A DNA stretch of 21,033 nt from assembly GCA_027050205.1 (NCBI GenBank), contig JALUCS010000005.1, positions 1 to 21,033 of the forward strand, written 5' to 3'. The notes beneath the pieces were generated by a model, which did no database searches, had not been told where the DNA came from, and saw only the letters and a program-made list of their open reading frames with translations. This DNA comes from a candidate division WOR-3 bacterium. GTDB lineage: Bacteria; Hydrothermota; Hydrothermia; LBFQ01. Shown here piece after piece: positions 9,295 through 17,249 of this stretch. Made by a program: the position numbers and the translations under genes. Position 1 is the stretch's first letter; each line of letters opens with the position of its first letter.

Positions 9295-10860
9295 ATGCTC
9301 TTTAGCTCCCTTTTAGCAGCGCAGGGTGGCCCTGATGCTTTCGGGTACTACTGGAGGGACAACCGCGGTGGTCCCCCTTACGCAACCTTCAACTGGATAG
9401 ACGTAGGGGAGCTGGCTGTGGAGTGCTACGCGCAGTTCTACGAGACGGCAGACCCTACGGAGTACTGGATAGAGAGGCCTCTCTCCGCCGATCAACTTTT
9501 CCCAAGGTCGGACGAGGCCGTGACTGCCGTACCCATACCCTTTGATATGATCTTCTACGGAAGCGTCCATCCGGCGGGGGATAGCCTCTACGTCAGCAGT
9601 AACGTAGTGGTGTCCTTTGACTCTACCCTCTCCGACGACGACGCCTCAAACGACCCCGTACCCTCCACAGGGACACCCAACCATACGGTGATAGCTCCCT
9701 TCTGGGACGATATGAAGTCAGCCGCCTACGTGTGGACGGTGTCCGACCTAAGCACCCTACCCGGAGGGTGGGCCGGATGGGAGGGTCACCAGGCCCTCGT
9801 CATAGAGTGGGACAGCATAGCATACTGGAGCAACGGCTCCCCTGACTCCTACGGCAAGATAGAGCTCATCGTAACGGATAGCATACGGAACGGAAACAGC
9901 GTCATAGTCTGGGTGTTCTACGGGGACTATCAAAGTACAAGTACCACATCGGCTTCCATAGGAACGGAGAACGAGGACGGGAGCGTTGGATGCGCCTATA
10001 CGGGCGGGATAAACGACGGTTTCGGCTCAACCCCGTTCGTCACGGACTACAATCCGGGGGCCGTTCTGCTCCACGACACCCTCCTCGGAGACACGGGTGT
10101 GCATTACATCGTCTCCGGCGATGACGTAGTTGATACCATCCCCGCCCCCTTTAAGATGATGCTGTACGGTTTCCCCCTCTACGCGGGGGATCCTATAACT
10201 GTCTCAACCAACGGATGGGCCGCCCTGGGGAACTTCCTCTCCTCCTCCTACCGGAACAACACCTCCCTACCCGATGCGGCCTTCCCCAACAGCCTCCTCG
10301 CCGTATTCTGGGACGACCTCGTGGTCCTCGGCTCTGTGAAGTACAAGGTCGTAGGGACGGCTCCCAACCGCACCCTCGTTATAGAGTGGGACAGCGTAAA
10401 GAGGTACGGCTCCTCCTCCGGATCGGCGAGGTTCCAGGTTCAGATAAAGGAGATAACCGACACATCGGACCACTCCCTCCAGAGCGAGATATCCTTCCTC
10501 TACGGGGATACGGACTTCGGCTCCTCAACCCCATCGGCCACGATAGGCATAGAGAACGCCCTTGGGGACACCGCCCTACTCTACACGGGTTCGGCCATAA
10601 CCGGTACGGCCCCTAACATCTCGGCCATAGATACCAACGTCGTCATCCTCTTTACTAAGGGGACGGCGACCTCTACGTCCGAAGGGGCATCCTACCGGGA
10701 ACTTTTCAACACCTTAGCAGCGGTCTATTCCTCCTCCGGGAGGCTCGTAGGGTGGGCTAAGGTGGAAAGTGGAATCCCACAGCTAAAAACCCTAAAGCTT
10801 CCGCCCGGCGTGTATTTTGTGCGCACCGGAAACCGCATAGGGAGGTACTTGGTGCGGTAG
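9295..10860 (+). CDS. Secreted protein (521 aa) with GGPDAFGY N-terminal motif, tandem duplicated NIDO-like domain and T9SS-like C-terminal domain
   Basis: Start reassigned to ATG 9295 (MLFSSLLAAQGGPDAFGY). Two copies of PF...YG...VSxN...PN..(I/L)AxFWDD...LVIEWDS...SAxIGxEN. C-terminus VYSSSGRLV...LPPGVYFVR...RYLVR. Confidence 0.8.
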   Translation: MLFSSLLAAQGGPDAFGYYWRDNRGGPPYATFNWIDVGELAVECYAQFYETADPTEYWIERPLSADQLFPRSDEAVTAVPIPFDMIFYGSVHPAGDSLYVSSNVVVSFDSTLSDDDASNDPVPSTGTPNHTVIAPFWDDMKSAAYVWTVSDLSTLPGGWAGWEGHQALVIEWDSIAYWSNGSPDSYGKIELIVTDSIRNGNSVIVWVFYGDYQSTSTTSASIGTENEDGSVGCAYTGGINDGFGSTPFVTDYNPGAVLLHDTLLGDTGVHYIVSGDDVVDTIPAPFKMMLYGFPLYAGDPITVSTNGWAALGNFLSSSYRNNTSLPDAAFPNSLLAVFWDDLVVLGSVKYKVVGTAPNRTLVIEWDSVKRYGSSSGSARFQVQIKEITDTSDHSLQSEISFLYGDTDFGSSTPSATIGIENALGDTALLYTGSAITGTAPNISAIDTNVVILFTKGTATSTSEGASYRELFNTLAAVYSSSGRLVGWAKVESGIPQLKTLKLPPGVYFVRTGNRIGRYLVR

Positions 10861-10864
10861 AGAT

Positions 10865-10885
10865 GGGGGGGACACCCCCCTTTTT
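10865..10885 (+). terminator. Rho-independent terminator
   Basis: GGGGGG-GACA-CCCCCC followed by TTTTT, 4 nt after the stop. Confidence 0.8.
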
Positions 10886-11349
10886 CCTGAAAACCGGTCC
10901 CCGTTAGAGTTGGAGGTCTCGGCGTTGGTGGAGCTTCTTGTTTGTGAGATTTCTTTACACATTTTGCGTTAATCTGTGTGAAATTTTGATCATTTCTTCA
11001 TCGGAGCTTACGGAATCATAGTTATATGAGTCTTGCAGGGAATCTTTGCTGTATGCAGGTCTCTTCCGGATCATCCTAATAGGGATTAAAGTTGAAGTGT
11101 CGGTTTTTAAACACATCTTCGTATAAATGCGGCATCGGGTAGCAGATAGACCGTACGACTAACCGCAAGTAGGTAGGAGTGTCTCACTTATACATAAATA
11201 CGTTGAAAAGTGCGACAGTTGGCAGGTAGCCAACGGTTCCCCGCGGTGCTTCTTCGCATCTCCCCCGTCTCCCCGCTTGTTGTGGAAAATTTTGAATAAT
11301 TTCGGGAAATTTGATATAAATTATAATCATACTACGTGCAACTTGGCCC

Positions 11350-11367
11350 TTGAACGTTGATGTTCAA
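11350..11367. promoter_or_regulatory. Perfect inverted repeat TTGAAC-N6-GTTCAA (candidate operator)
   Basis: Lies 30 nt upstream of the -10 at 11398, and a further TGAACTTCAA follows at 11371-11380. Confidence 0.45.
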
Positions 11368-11397
11368 ATCTGAACTTCAACATTACGCAGACCGATG

Positions 11398-11403
11398 TAA
11401 AAT
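11398..11403 (+). promoter_or_regulatory. Putative -10 element (TAAAAT)
   Basis: 7 nt before the ATG at 11411. Confidence 0.6.
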
Positions 11404-11410
11404 CTCGTTT

Positions 11411-12847
11411 ATGCTCATACTGATGGTACAGGACCTGTACGGCGTATGGAACGACGCCTGGCCGATGTTTCGGCACGACTACAAACGTACGGGTTATTAC
11501 AGGAGGTGGAGGGCGAGGTGTTCCTCCATGTCCCACCTCTACGACGTTGTCCATGGTACGCAGCACGAAGGCGTTGTGAGCAGGGACGCCAACGGGGACG
11601 GCTACGCGGACGTGATAGGGACACAGGCTGAACCTTACGGCGTTAAGGTCGTCCACGGGTGGAACGGAAGCACTATATGGCAATCCGGATCGGATCAGTA
11701 CGGTTATCCCCCTACATCTGCAGCCGTTTCTAATACGAGAGTTTTCGCCGTAGGATTCCGTTATCTTCAGGTTTTTAACCTATACAGCGGTTCTACCATC
11801 TACACGTACTCCAAAGGTCCCGGTAGGGATCCATCCCCGGCCATAGCAGACATAGACGACGATGGATGTCCGGAGATATACGCAGCATTTACAAGTATCC
11901 TCGTTTCCATAGACGGATGTTCCTCTTCCTACTCTACCTTCTGGGTCCAGGTTTACTCACCGGGTTTCCATGCGCCCGCCCTCGGGGACGTGGATGGGGA
12001 CGGGGACCTTGAGGTCCTGTACCCTACGAGAAGCGGTACCGTTTACGTCTTAGACGCCGCCACTGGCAGTTTGCATAGCTATTTCATTCCCGGAACTCCT
12101 CCTCCATCGTCAAGGCCCGGCTATACCGTTCCTTTGGAGGATCTTGACGGCGATGGGAAGGATGAGGTTGTCGTCGTTACCTCCACCGCCATTAAGGTGT
12201 ATGACTACAACTCCGGCTGGATCCTCCGGTGGTCGGTATCCTTTCCTGGTGGCTCTATCCCTGCCCTTGGAGACAAGGACGGGGACGGCTTGCCTGACGT
12301 ATGGGCTATAAGGAACGGCAACGTCTACGTCTATAAGGGGACAGACGGCTCCTTTCTCGGCAGATCCAGTGTCAGCGACCTAGCTCTCTACTATCCCCCC
12401 ACGCTCGCGGACCTCACCGGGGATGGGGTTCCCGACGTCTTGGCGATTAGAAACCCCAACCGCGTCCGGGTGATTGACGGGGCTACCCTATCCCCTGCCG
12501 GACTTTATGGCGTAACTCCATATCCCATATCCTCCGAGATAATAGTTTTGAAGCTTCGGAACACCCTCGGCTTTGCCGTGGGGGATGGCTCCTGCCACAT
12601 AAACGCCTGGGGTGGTTGCCCTATAGGTACGGACAGCGATCTAGCCGTCGGCGAAAGGGAAGAGGCCCAGCCCAGCCTGAAGTTTGACGGCACATACGTA
12701 GTGGCGAAGGGGAGGGAGATAGAGATCTACGACCGTTCCGGGAATGTCCTCTTAAGGGGCTACGGCAAGGTCTCGGTGTCTTCCCTGCCCAAGGGCATAT
12801 ACTTCGCCCGCTCCGGCGAGAAGGTCATAAGGGTTATAGTTAGGTAG
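11411..12847 (+). CDS. Secreted FG-GAP/VCBS-repeat beta-propeller protein with T9SS-like CTD, paralog A (478 aa)
   Basis: WPMFRHDYKRTG motif. Ca-binding loops DANGDGYAD, DVDGDGDLE, DLDGDGKDE, DKDGDGLPD and DLTGDGVPD. CTD IEIYDRSG...LPKGIYF...KVIRVIVR. Start set by alignment with paralog B. Confidence 0.85.
   Translation: MLILMVQDLYGVWNDAWPMFRHDYKRTGYYRRWRARCSSMSHLYDVVHGTQHEGVVSRDANGDGYADVIGTQAEPYGVKVVHGWNGSTIWQSGSDQYGYPPTSAAVSNTRVFAVGFRYLQVFNLYSGSTIYTYSKGPGRDPSPAIADIDDDGCPEIYAAFTSILVSIDGCSSSYSTFWVQVYSPGFHAPALGDVDGDGDLEVLYPTRSGTVYVLDAATGSLHSYFIPGTPPPSSRPGYTVPLEDLDGDGKDEVVVVTSTAIKVYDYNSGWILRWSVSFPGGSIPALGDKDGDGLPDVWAIRNGNVYVYKGTDGSFLGRSSVSDLALYYPPTLADLTGDGVPDVLAIRNPNRVRVIDGATLSPAGLYGVTPYPISSEIIVLKLRNTLGFAVGDGSCHINAWGGCPIGTDSDLAVGEREEAQPSLKFDGTYVVAKGREIEIYDRSGNVLLRGYGKVSVSSLPKGIYFARSGEKVIRVIVR
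12589..12825 (+). repeat. 237-bp near-identical direct repeat (copy 1; copy 2 at 14224-14460) encoding linker plus CTD
   Basis: Manual alignment gives 9 mismatches in 237 nt and one amino-acid difference (N/H). Confidence 0.9.
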
Positions 12848-12965
12848 AACTGCGGGAGGGAGGTTAGAACTTTATCCGCCTCTTCTGACGGGAGAGGGTG
12901 TTTATGAAGTTCGGAAAGCTCCTAATAGAGCATTTTATGGATATATTTGTATCATTTGAAATAGT

Positions 12966-12995
12966 GCCCTCAATTGAAACTTAGAAATTGGGGGC
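12966..12995. promoter_or_regulatory. Inverted repeat GCCCTCAATT-N10-AATTGGGGGC between the paralogs
   Basis: 10-bp arms with one G-U wobble. No U tract on the plus strand, so it could be an operator or an RNA-stabilising hairpin. Confidence 0.4.
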
Positions 12996-13027
12996 AAAAC
13001 CAATTCATACCAATAGCTCATCACTAT

Positions 13028-13033
13028 TATAAT
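13028..13033 (+). promoter_or_regulatory. Putative -10 element (TATAAT)
   Basis: 9 nt before the ATG at 13043. TTCATA 18 nt upstream could be the -35. Confidence 0.65.
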
Positions 13034-13042
13034 TTCACCTCT

Positions 13043-14482
13043 ATGCTATGGATTCTAATAACACAGGATCTGTACGGCGTATGGAACGAGGCGTGGCCGA
13101 TGTTTCGGCACGATTACAAGCGTACGGGGCATTACAAGGCGTGGAAGGCTTCGTGTTCCTCTATGTCTCACCGCTACGACGTCGTCCACGGTAGTATGGA
13201 CGAAAGTGTGATAAGCAGGGACGCCAACGGGGACGGATATGCGGACGTAATAGGGACCCAGGCCGAGGCGTATGGCGTTAAGGTGATACACGGATGGACG
13301 GGAGGCACCATCTGGCAATCCGGATCGGACAGGTACTCCTACCCTCCCACACCTGCGGCCGCCTCCGATACGAGGGTCTTCGCCGTAGGATACAACTACT
13401 TCCAGGTCTTCAACCTCTCCACCGGCTCCATCATCTACACGTACGTCAAAGGTGGCCACAGGGATCCCGCCCCTGCCATAGCCGATATAGATAACGACGG
13501 CTGTCCGGAGGTATATACGGCCTTCGGTAATACGGCCGTTGCCATAAACGGATGCGCCTCCTCCTACTCTACCTTATGGACCCGCTCCCTCTCCTCAACT
13601 CCCCGCGCTCCCGCCCTCGGGGACGTGGATGGGGACGGCGACCTTGAGGTCCTCTATCCCACAAGCAGCGGCACCGTTTACGTCTTTGACGCCGCCACCG
13701 GCAGCTCGCACAGCTCCTTCTCCCCCGGTTCTCCTCCCTCATCGGCAAGGCCGGACTACACCGTAGCCTTGGAGGACCTTGACGGCGATGGAAAGGACGA
13801 GGTCGTGGCCGTTACCTCCTCCTACATCAGGGTCTACGATTACAACTCCGGCTGGAGCCTCCGGTGGTCGGTATCCTTCTCCGGTGAATCTGCCCCTGCC
13901 CTCGGAGACAAGGACGGGGACGGCTTACCCGACGTATGGGCTATAAGGAGCGGCAACGTCTACGTCTATAAGGGGACAAACGGTACCTATCTCGGTAGCT
14001 CCAGCGTCGGCGATCTGACCTCTGGCTATCCCCCCTCACTCGCGGACTTTACCGGGGATCTTATCCCCGATGTCCTGGCTATCAGGAGCAGCTACTACGT
14101 TCGGGTAATCAGCGGGGCAACCCTCTCGCCCGTAATGACGTTCGGCTCAACCCCCTACGGCATAACCTCCGAGGTGGCCGTTTTAAAACTCCAGAGTACC
14201 CTCGGCTTCGTAGTAGGGGATCACTCCTGCCACATAAACGCCTGGGGTGGCTGCCCTATAGGTACGGACAGCGATCTGGCCGTCGGCGAAAGGGAAGAGG
14301 CCCAGCCCAGCCTGAAGTTTGACGGCACCTACGTAGTGGCGAAGGGGAGGGAGATAGAAATCTACGACCGCTCCGGCCATGTCCTCTTAAGGGGCTACGG
14401 CAAGGTCTCGGTGTCCTCCTTGCCCAAGGGCATATACTTCGCCCGCTCCGGCGAGAAGGTATTAAGGGTCGTGGTAAGGTGA
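13043..14482 (+). CDS. Secreted FG-GAP/VCBS-repeat beta-propeller protein with T9SS-like CTD, paralog B (479 aa)
   Basis: Colinear paralog of 11411..12847. Begins MLWILITQDLYGVWNEAWPMFRHD and ends KVLRVVVR. Confidence 0.85.
   Translation: MLWILITQDLYGVWNEAWPMFRHDYKRTGHYKAWKASCSSMSHRYDVVHGSMDESVISRDANGDGYADVIGTQAEAYGVKVIHGWTGGTIWQSGSDRYSYPPTPAAASDTRVFAVGYNYFQVFNLSTGSIIYTYVKGGHRDPAPAIADIDNDGCPEVYTAFGNTAVAINGCASSYSTLWTRSLSSTPRAPALGDVDGDGDLEVLYPTSSGTVYVFDAATGSSHSSFSPGSPPSSARPDYTVALEDLDGDGKDEVVAVTSSYIRVYDYNSGWSLRWSVSFSGESAPALGDKDGDGLPDVWAIRSGNVYVYKGTNGTYLGSSSVGDLTSGYPPSLADFTGDLIPDVLAIRSSYYVRVISGATLSPVMTFGSTPYGITSEVAVLKLQSTLGFVVGDHSCHINAWGGCPIGTDSDLAVGEREEAQPSLKFDGTYVVAKGREIEIYDRSGHVLLRGYGKVSVSSLPKGIYFARSGEKVLRVVVR
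14224..14460 (+). repeat. 237-bp near-identical direct repeat (copy 2)
   Basis: Matches 12589-12825 with 9 mismatches. Confidence 0.9.
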
Positions 14483-14495
14483 TGTTTCATAAACT

Positions 14496-14525
14496 AAAAG
14501 AGGGGGGCGTACGCCCCCCTCTTTT
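14496..14525. terminator. Bidirectional Rho-independent terminator
   Basis: Perfect 30-bp palindrome AAAAGAGGGGGGCGT|ACGCCCCCCTCTTTT between convergent genes. Confidence 0.92.
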
Positions 14526-14543
14526 TGTACCCTAAGTTGCGCG

Positions 14544-15314
14544 TTAGTACTTGATCCAGCCGAGACCGGGGACCTTGTTCTGGATGTAGATGGTGGCTGT
14601 GGTGTTGTAGGGGCCGGAGCCGTTGGTGGGGCCGACCTTGATCAGGCCGAAGCAGGAGTTGGTGGAGATGTTGCCGTCCAGATCCCTGTCAAACCAGAGG
14701 TAGTACTCGGAGTTCCCGGATACGTCCTTCGTACCGCTGTAGGCGTCGGTGGAGTTGGGGGCGAGGCCAGCGGTGCTTCCGGGATCGGCGAACTTGGTCC
14801 TGACCTTACCGCCACCGATGGAGGTCTCAAAGACGTCCTTGAACTGCGGGGTGCCAGCGTTGTTGAAGAAGACGAAGTAGGCGGTGTTGTTGAGGGTGGT
14901 ATCTACGGACGCCTGACTGATGGTGGTGGCCTCGGTGCTGTCGCCCTTGAGGTAGACCTTCACCCAAGAGTGGTGGGTGGTGTCGGGGTCGTCGTGGGTG
15001 TAGATGGTGCCGAGGTCCTTCTCGTAGGGGGTCAGGTCTATGGAATCGGCGCCTCCGCCCTCGGCCTCAACCACTACGAGGCTATAGACGCCCTCGCTCC
15101 CCTGGAGGACGTAGTGGGTGGAGTCTATCGTGGCTATGAGGTTGCCGTCCCCGTAGATCTTGTACTTGTTGGCGTTCTCAACGGGGTTCCAAGTCAGGTC
15201 CAGGTCGGAGCCGTTGTTGGTAGCCTCTACGGTAACGGAGGGCGTACCTACGTTGCCCCTACATCCGACCATCAGAGCAGCGCCTGCGAAGAGTAAAGCG
15301 TAAAACCTCTTCAT
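14544..15314 (-). CDS. Lipoprotein of unknown function with N-terminal FN3-like segment
   Basis: Lipoprotein signal MKRFYALLFAGAALMVG|C. LTWNPVENANKYKIYGDG resembles FN3. Confidence 0.8.
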   Translation of the reverse strand: MKRFYALLFAGAALMVGCRGNVGTPSVTVEATNNGSDLDLTWNPVENANKYKIYGDGNLIATIDSTHYVLQGSEGVYSLVVVEAEGGGADSIDLTPYEKDLGTIYTHDDPDTTHHSWVKVYLKGDSTEATTISQASVDTTLNNTAYFVFFNNAGTPQFKDVFETSIGGGKVRTKFADPGSTAGLAPNSTDAYSGTKDVSGNSEYYLWFDRDLDGNISTNSCFGLIKVGPTNGSGPYNTTATIYIQNKVPGLGWIKY

Positions 15315-15323
15315 GACGAAGAT

Positions 15324-15329
15324 ATTTTA
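15324..15329 (-). promoter_or_regulatory. Putative -10 element (TAAAAT, minus strand)
   Basis: 9 nt before the ATG at 15314. Confidence 0.6.
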
Positions 15330-15370
15330 AGGGTGTCTCACTTATGTTGAGCAGTCCTAACTTACGGCCT

Positions 15371-15376
15371 TAAAAT
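15371..15376 (+). promoter_or_regulatory. Putative -10 element (TAAAAT)
   Basis: 9 nt before the ATG at 15386. TTGAGC (15347-15352) 18 nt upstream fits a -35. Confidence 0.65.
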
Positions 15377-15385
15377 CCCAACGTC

Positions 15386-16108
15386 ATGAGGAGAGCCGTT
15401 CTGTTAGGTGTAGCACTGCTGGCCCTGGCCGGCTGCGAAGAGGGTATCCCCCTCTCGCACACCCACGTCTTCGGTACGGGAGGGGCCACCGGCCCGGCCC
15501 TGACCACCCTAACTACCCTGCTTCCCTCCGAGTACGGTAGCGTTTCCCTGCCCGCCGGCTTGGACACCCTGACCTACGAGTCCGCCTTCTTCAAGATCCT
15601 GGTGGACCTCAAGGACTACGGGGAGGCCACGGTCAAGGTGGGGGACGTGGAGCTGACCTATCAGTCGGACAAGGGCATCTATATGGCTTTGGACACGTCG
15701 GGCGCCCCCGTTGAGGTCCCGCTTTCGGGAGGTACGGAGGTGAGCATAACCGTCCCCAAGTACAACGAGCGTATCCTCTTCACCCTACCCGACGTCTCCC
15801 CTCCGGAGACCGTCCTGGTGGATACCCTCGTCCATTCCGTAGGAGACAGCATAGTGGTCTCTTGGTCCCCCGTAAGCGGGGTCGACTCCATTCAGGTGTT
15901 CTTCAAACTCGCCGACAGGGACCCCTACGTAAAGAACTTACCTCCCACGGCCACCAACTTTACGATACCTGCCTCCATCGTGGATACCACCGGGAACGCC
16001 CTGATAATGGTGAACGTCCTGAAGCTGGTGAACATCGCGGAGGGACAGAAGCCGTCCTATATGATACTGGTAAAGGGGAAGGTGCTACCGCCGGTGCGGG
16101 TAGAGTGA
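15386..16108 (+). CDS. Lipoprotein of unknown function (beta-rich, C-terminal FN3/Ig-like)
   Basis: Lipobox in MRRAVLLGVALLALAG|C. VVSWSPVSGVDSIQV...TNFTIP resembles FN3. Confidence 0.8.
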   Translation: MRRAVLLGVALLALAGCEEGIPLSHTHVFGTGGATGPALTTLTTLLPSEYGSVSLPAGLDTLTYESAFFKILVDLKDYGEATVKVGDVELTYQSDKGIYMALDTSGAPVEVPLSGGTEVSITVPKYNERILFTLPDVSPPETVLVDTLVHSVGDSIVVSWSPVSGVDSIQVFFKLADRDPYVKNLPPTATNFTIPASIVDTTGNALIMVNVLKLVNIAEGQKPSYMILVKGKVLPPVRVE

Positions 16109-16112
16109 GGGG

Positions 16113-17249
16113 ATGCACAGGTCGGTCTTTGAGGCGATCCTAAGGACGCGAGAGAGGTTGGTGCGTTTCCTTGAGGAGAAGGAGAGGCCGGATTACGACC
16201 CGCAGTGGCGCCCGTTGGAACCATCCGAGGTACCCGACACCGTCGTGGCGGTGGACGGCTCACTCAACCACTCCCCCCGCACCTCCCACCTTATAGTGGC
16301 CCTTACCGGCCTCTCCCTACTCTTCTCCAAGGATAGGGAGCCGGGGGAGGAGGCCATATCCCACGTGGACGTCATAGACAGGGGAATCTTTCGCCGTATG
16401 GCCTTGGACTCCGTCCTCGGTACGTGGATGAGGTTGGCGGAGATAAAGTCCGTCTTGAGGCTCTCCCCACCGGAGGAGTCCATCGTACTTATGGACGGCT
16501 CTTTCGTCAGCGACGTAATAAATCCCAAACCGACACCGGAGTGGATCAGCGCCCACCTGTCGGAGGAGGACAGGGAGGTAATGGAGGGTCTGGACGACGA
16601 GTTGGCCAGCATGGGCCTGTACGATAGGATCAGGGAGGAGTTCCATCGCCACTCCTTCACCTCCCTTTACCTCCTGGACACGAGCGATACTCCGGGGAGG
16701 AAGGAACACAGGTACATGGCCCTCGCCCTCCTCCTGTACAGGGAACACCTTGAGGCCTTAAGCCGGTTGATAGCCGGGGGCTGGACGGTGGTCTTCGTCT
16801 CCAAAAGGTCCACGTCCAACGACTACATCAAGACGTGGGACTACAGGGGCATATACTCGGATCAGGTCCTCTTCTCCCTATTCACGCGGGGTAGGGGCTT
16901 TGCACCACCCTTGAGGGTCAGGTTCCCGGAGAAGGAAGGGGATGAGGATCCCCCTCCCAAGAAGTACGGCCTCGGAAAGGACTACGCCCACATTCTGGAC
17001 GTGGAGGTGTACGAGACCTTCGTCCGGTTCTCGGAGTACTCTCCCCTGACGTACAAGGTGGAGGTGGTAGGGACGTCGGAGGACGGGGTGGAGGGCATAC
17101 TGTCCGAGGTGGCCTCCCTATCCCCCGGTGGCTACCCCATCCCCCTTGAGAAGGCCCACAAGGAGGTCGTGATAACCTACAGCGACATGGAACTCATATC
17201 GCAGGTCATAACCCCGATAGAGATGAGCGTCAGGGAGGCGTTGAAATGA
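16113..17249 (+). CDS. nurA: NurA-family nuclease (DNA double-strand break repair)
   Basis: Motifs VAVDGS, VLMDGS, VFVSKRS and C-terminal GYPIPLEKAHKEVVI are NurA signatures. Confidence 0.85.
   Translation: MHRSVFEAILRTRERLVRFLEEKERPDYDPQWRPLEPSEVPDTVVAVDGSLNHSPRTSHLIVALTGLSLLFSKDREPGEEAISHVDVIDRGIFRRMALDSVLGTWMRLAEIKSVLRLSPPEESIVLMDGSFVSDVINPKPTPEWISAHLSEEDREVMEGLDDELASMGLYDRIREEFHRHSFTSLYLLDTSDTPGRKEHRYMALALLLYREHLEALSRLIAGGWTVVFVSKRSTSNDYIKTWDYRGIYSDQVLFSLFTRGRGFAPPLRVRFPEKEGDEDPPPKKYGLGKDYAHILDVEVYETFVRFSEYSPLTYKVEVVGTSEDGVEGILSEVASLSPGGYPIPLEKAHKEVVITYSDMELISQVITPIEMSVREALK

Noticed and set aside
10955..11116. 53-codon minus-strand ORF (MCLKTDTSTLIPIRMIRKR...) in the AT-rich gap
   Set aside because: Atypical codon usage, no recognisable motif, and no TAnAAT at the usual distance from its ATG.
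11357..13042. ORF-track upstream starts of the paralogs (11357 and 12974)
   Set aside because: The extensions are non-homologous to each other and run through AT-rich promoter DNA. Homology starts at 11411 and 13043.
11411..14482. Diversity-generating retroelement (TR/VR pair) as explanation of the repeat
   Set aside because: Both copies are coding, mismatches are mostly synonymous and not adenine-specific, and no reverse transcriptase is present.
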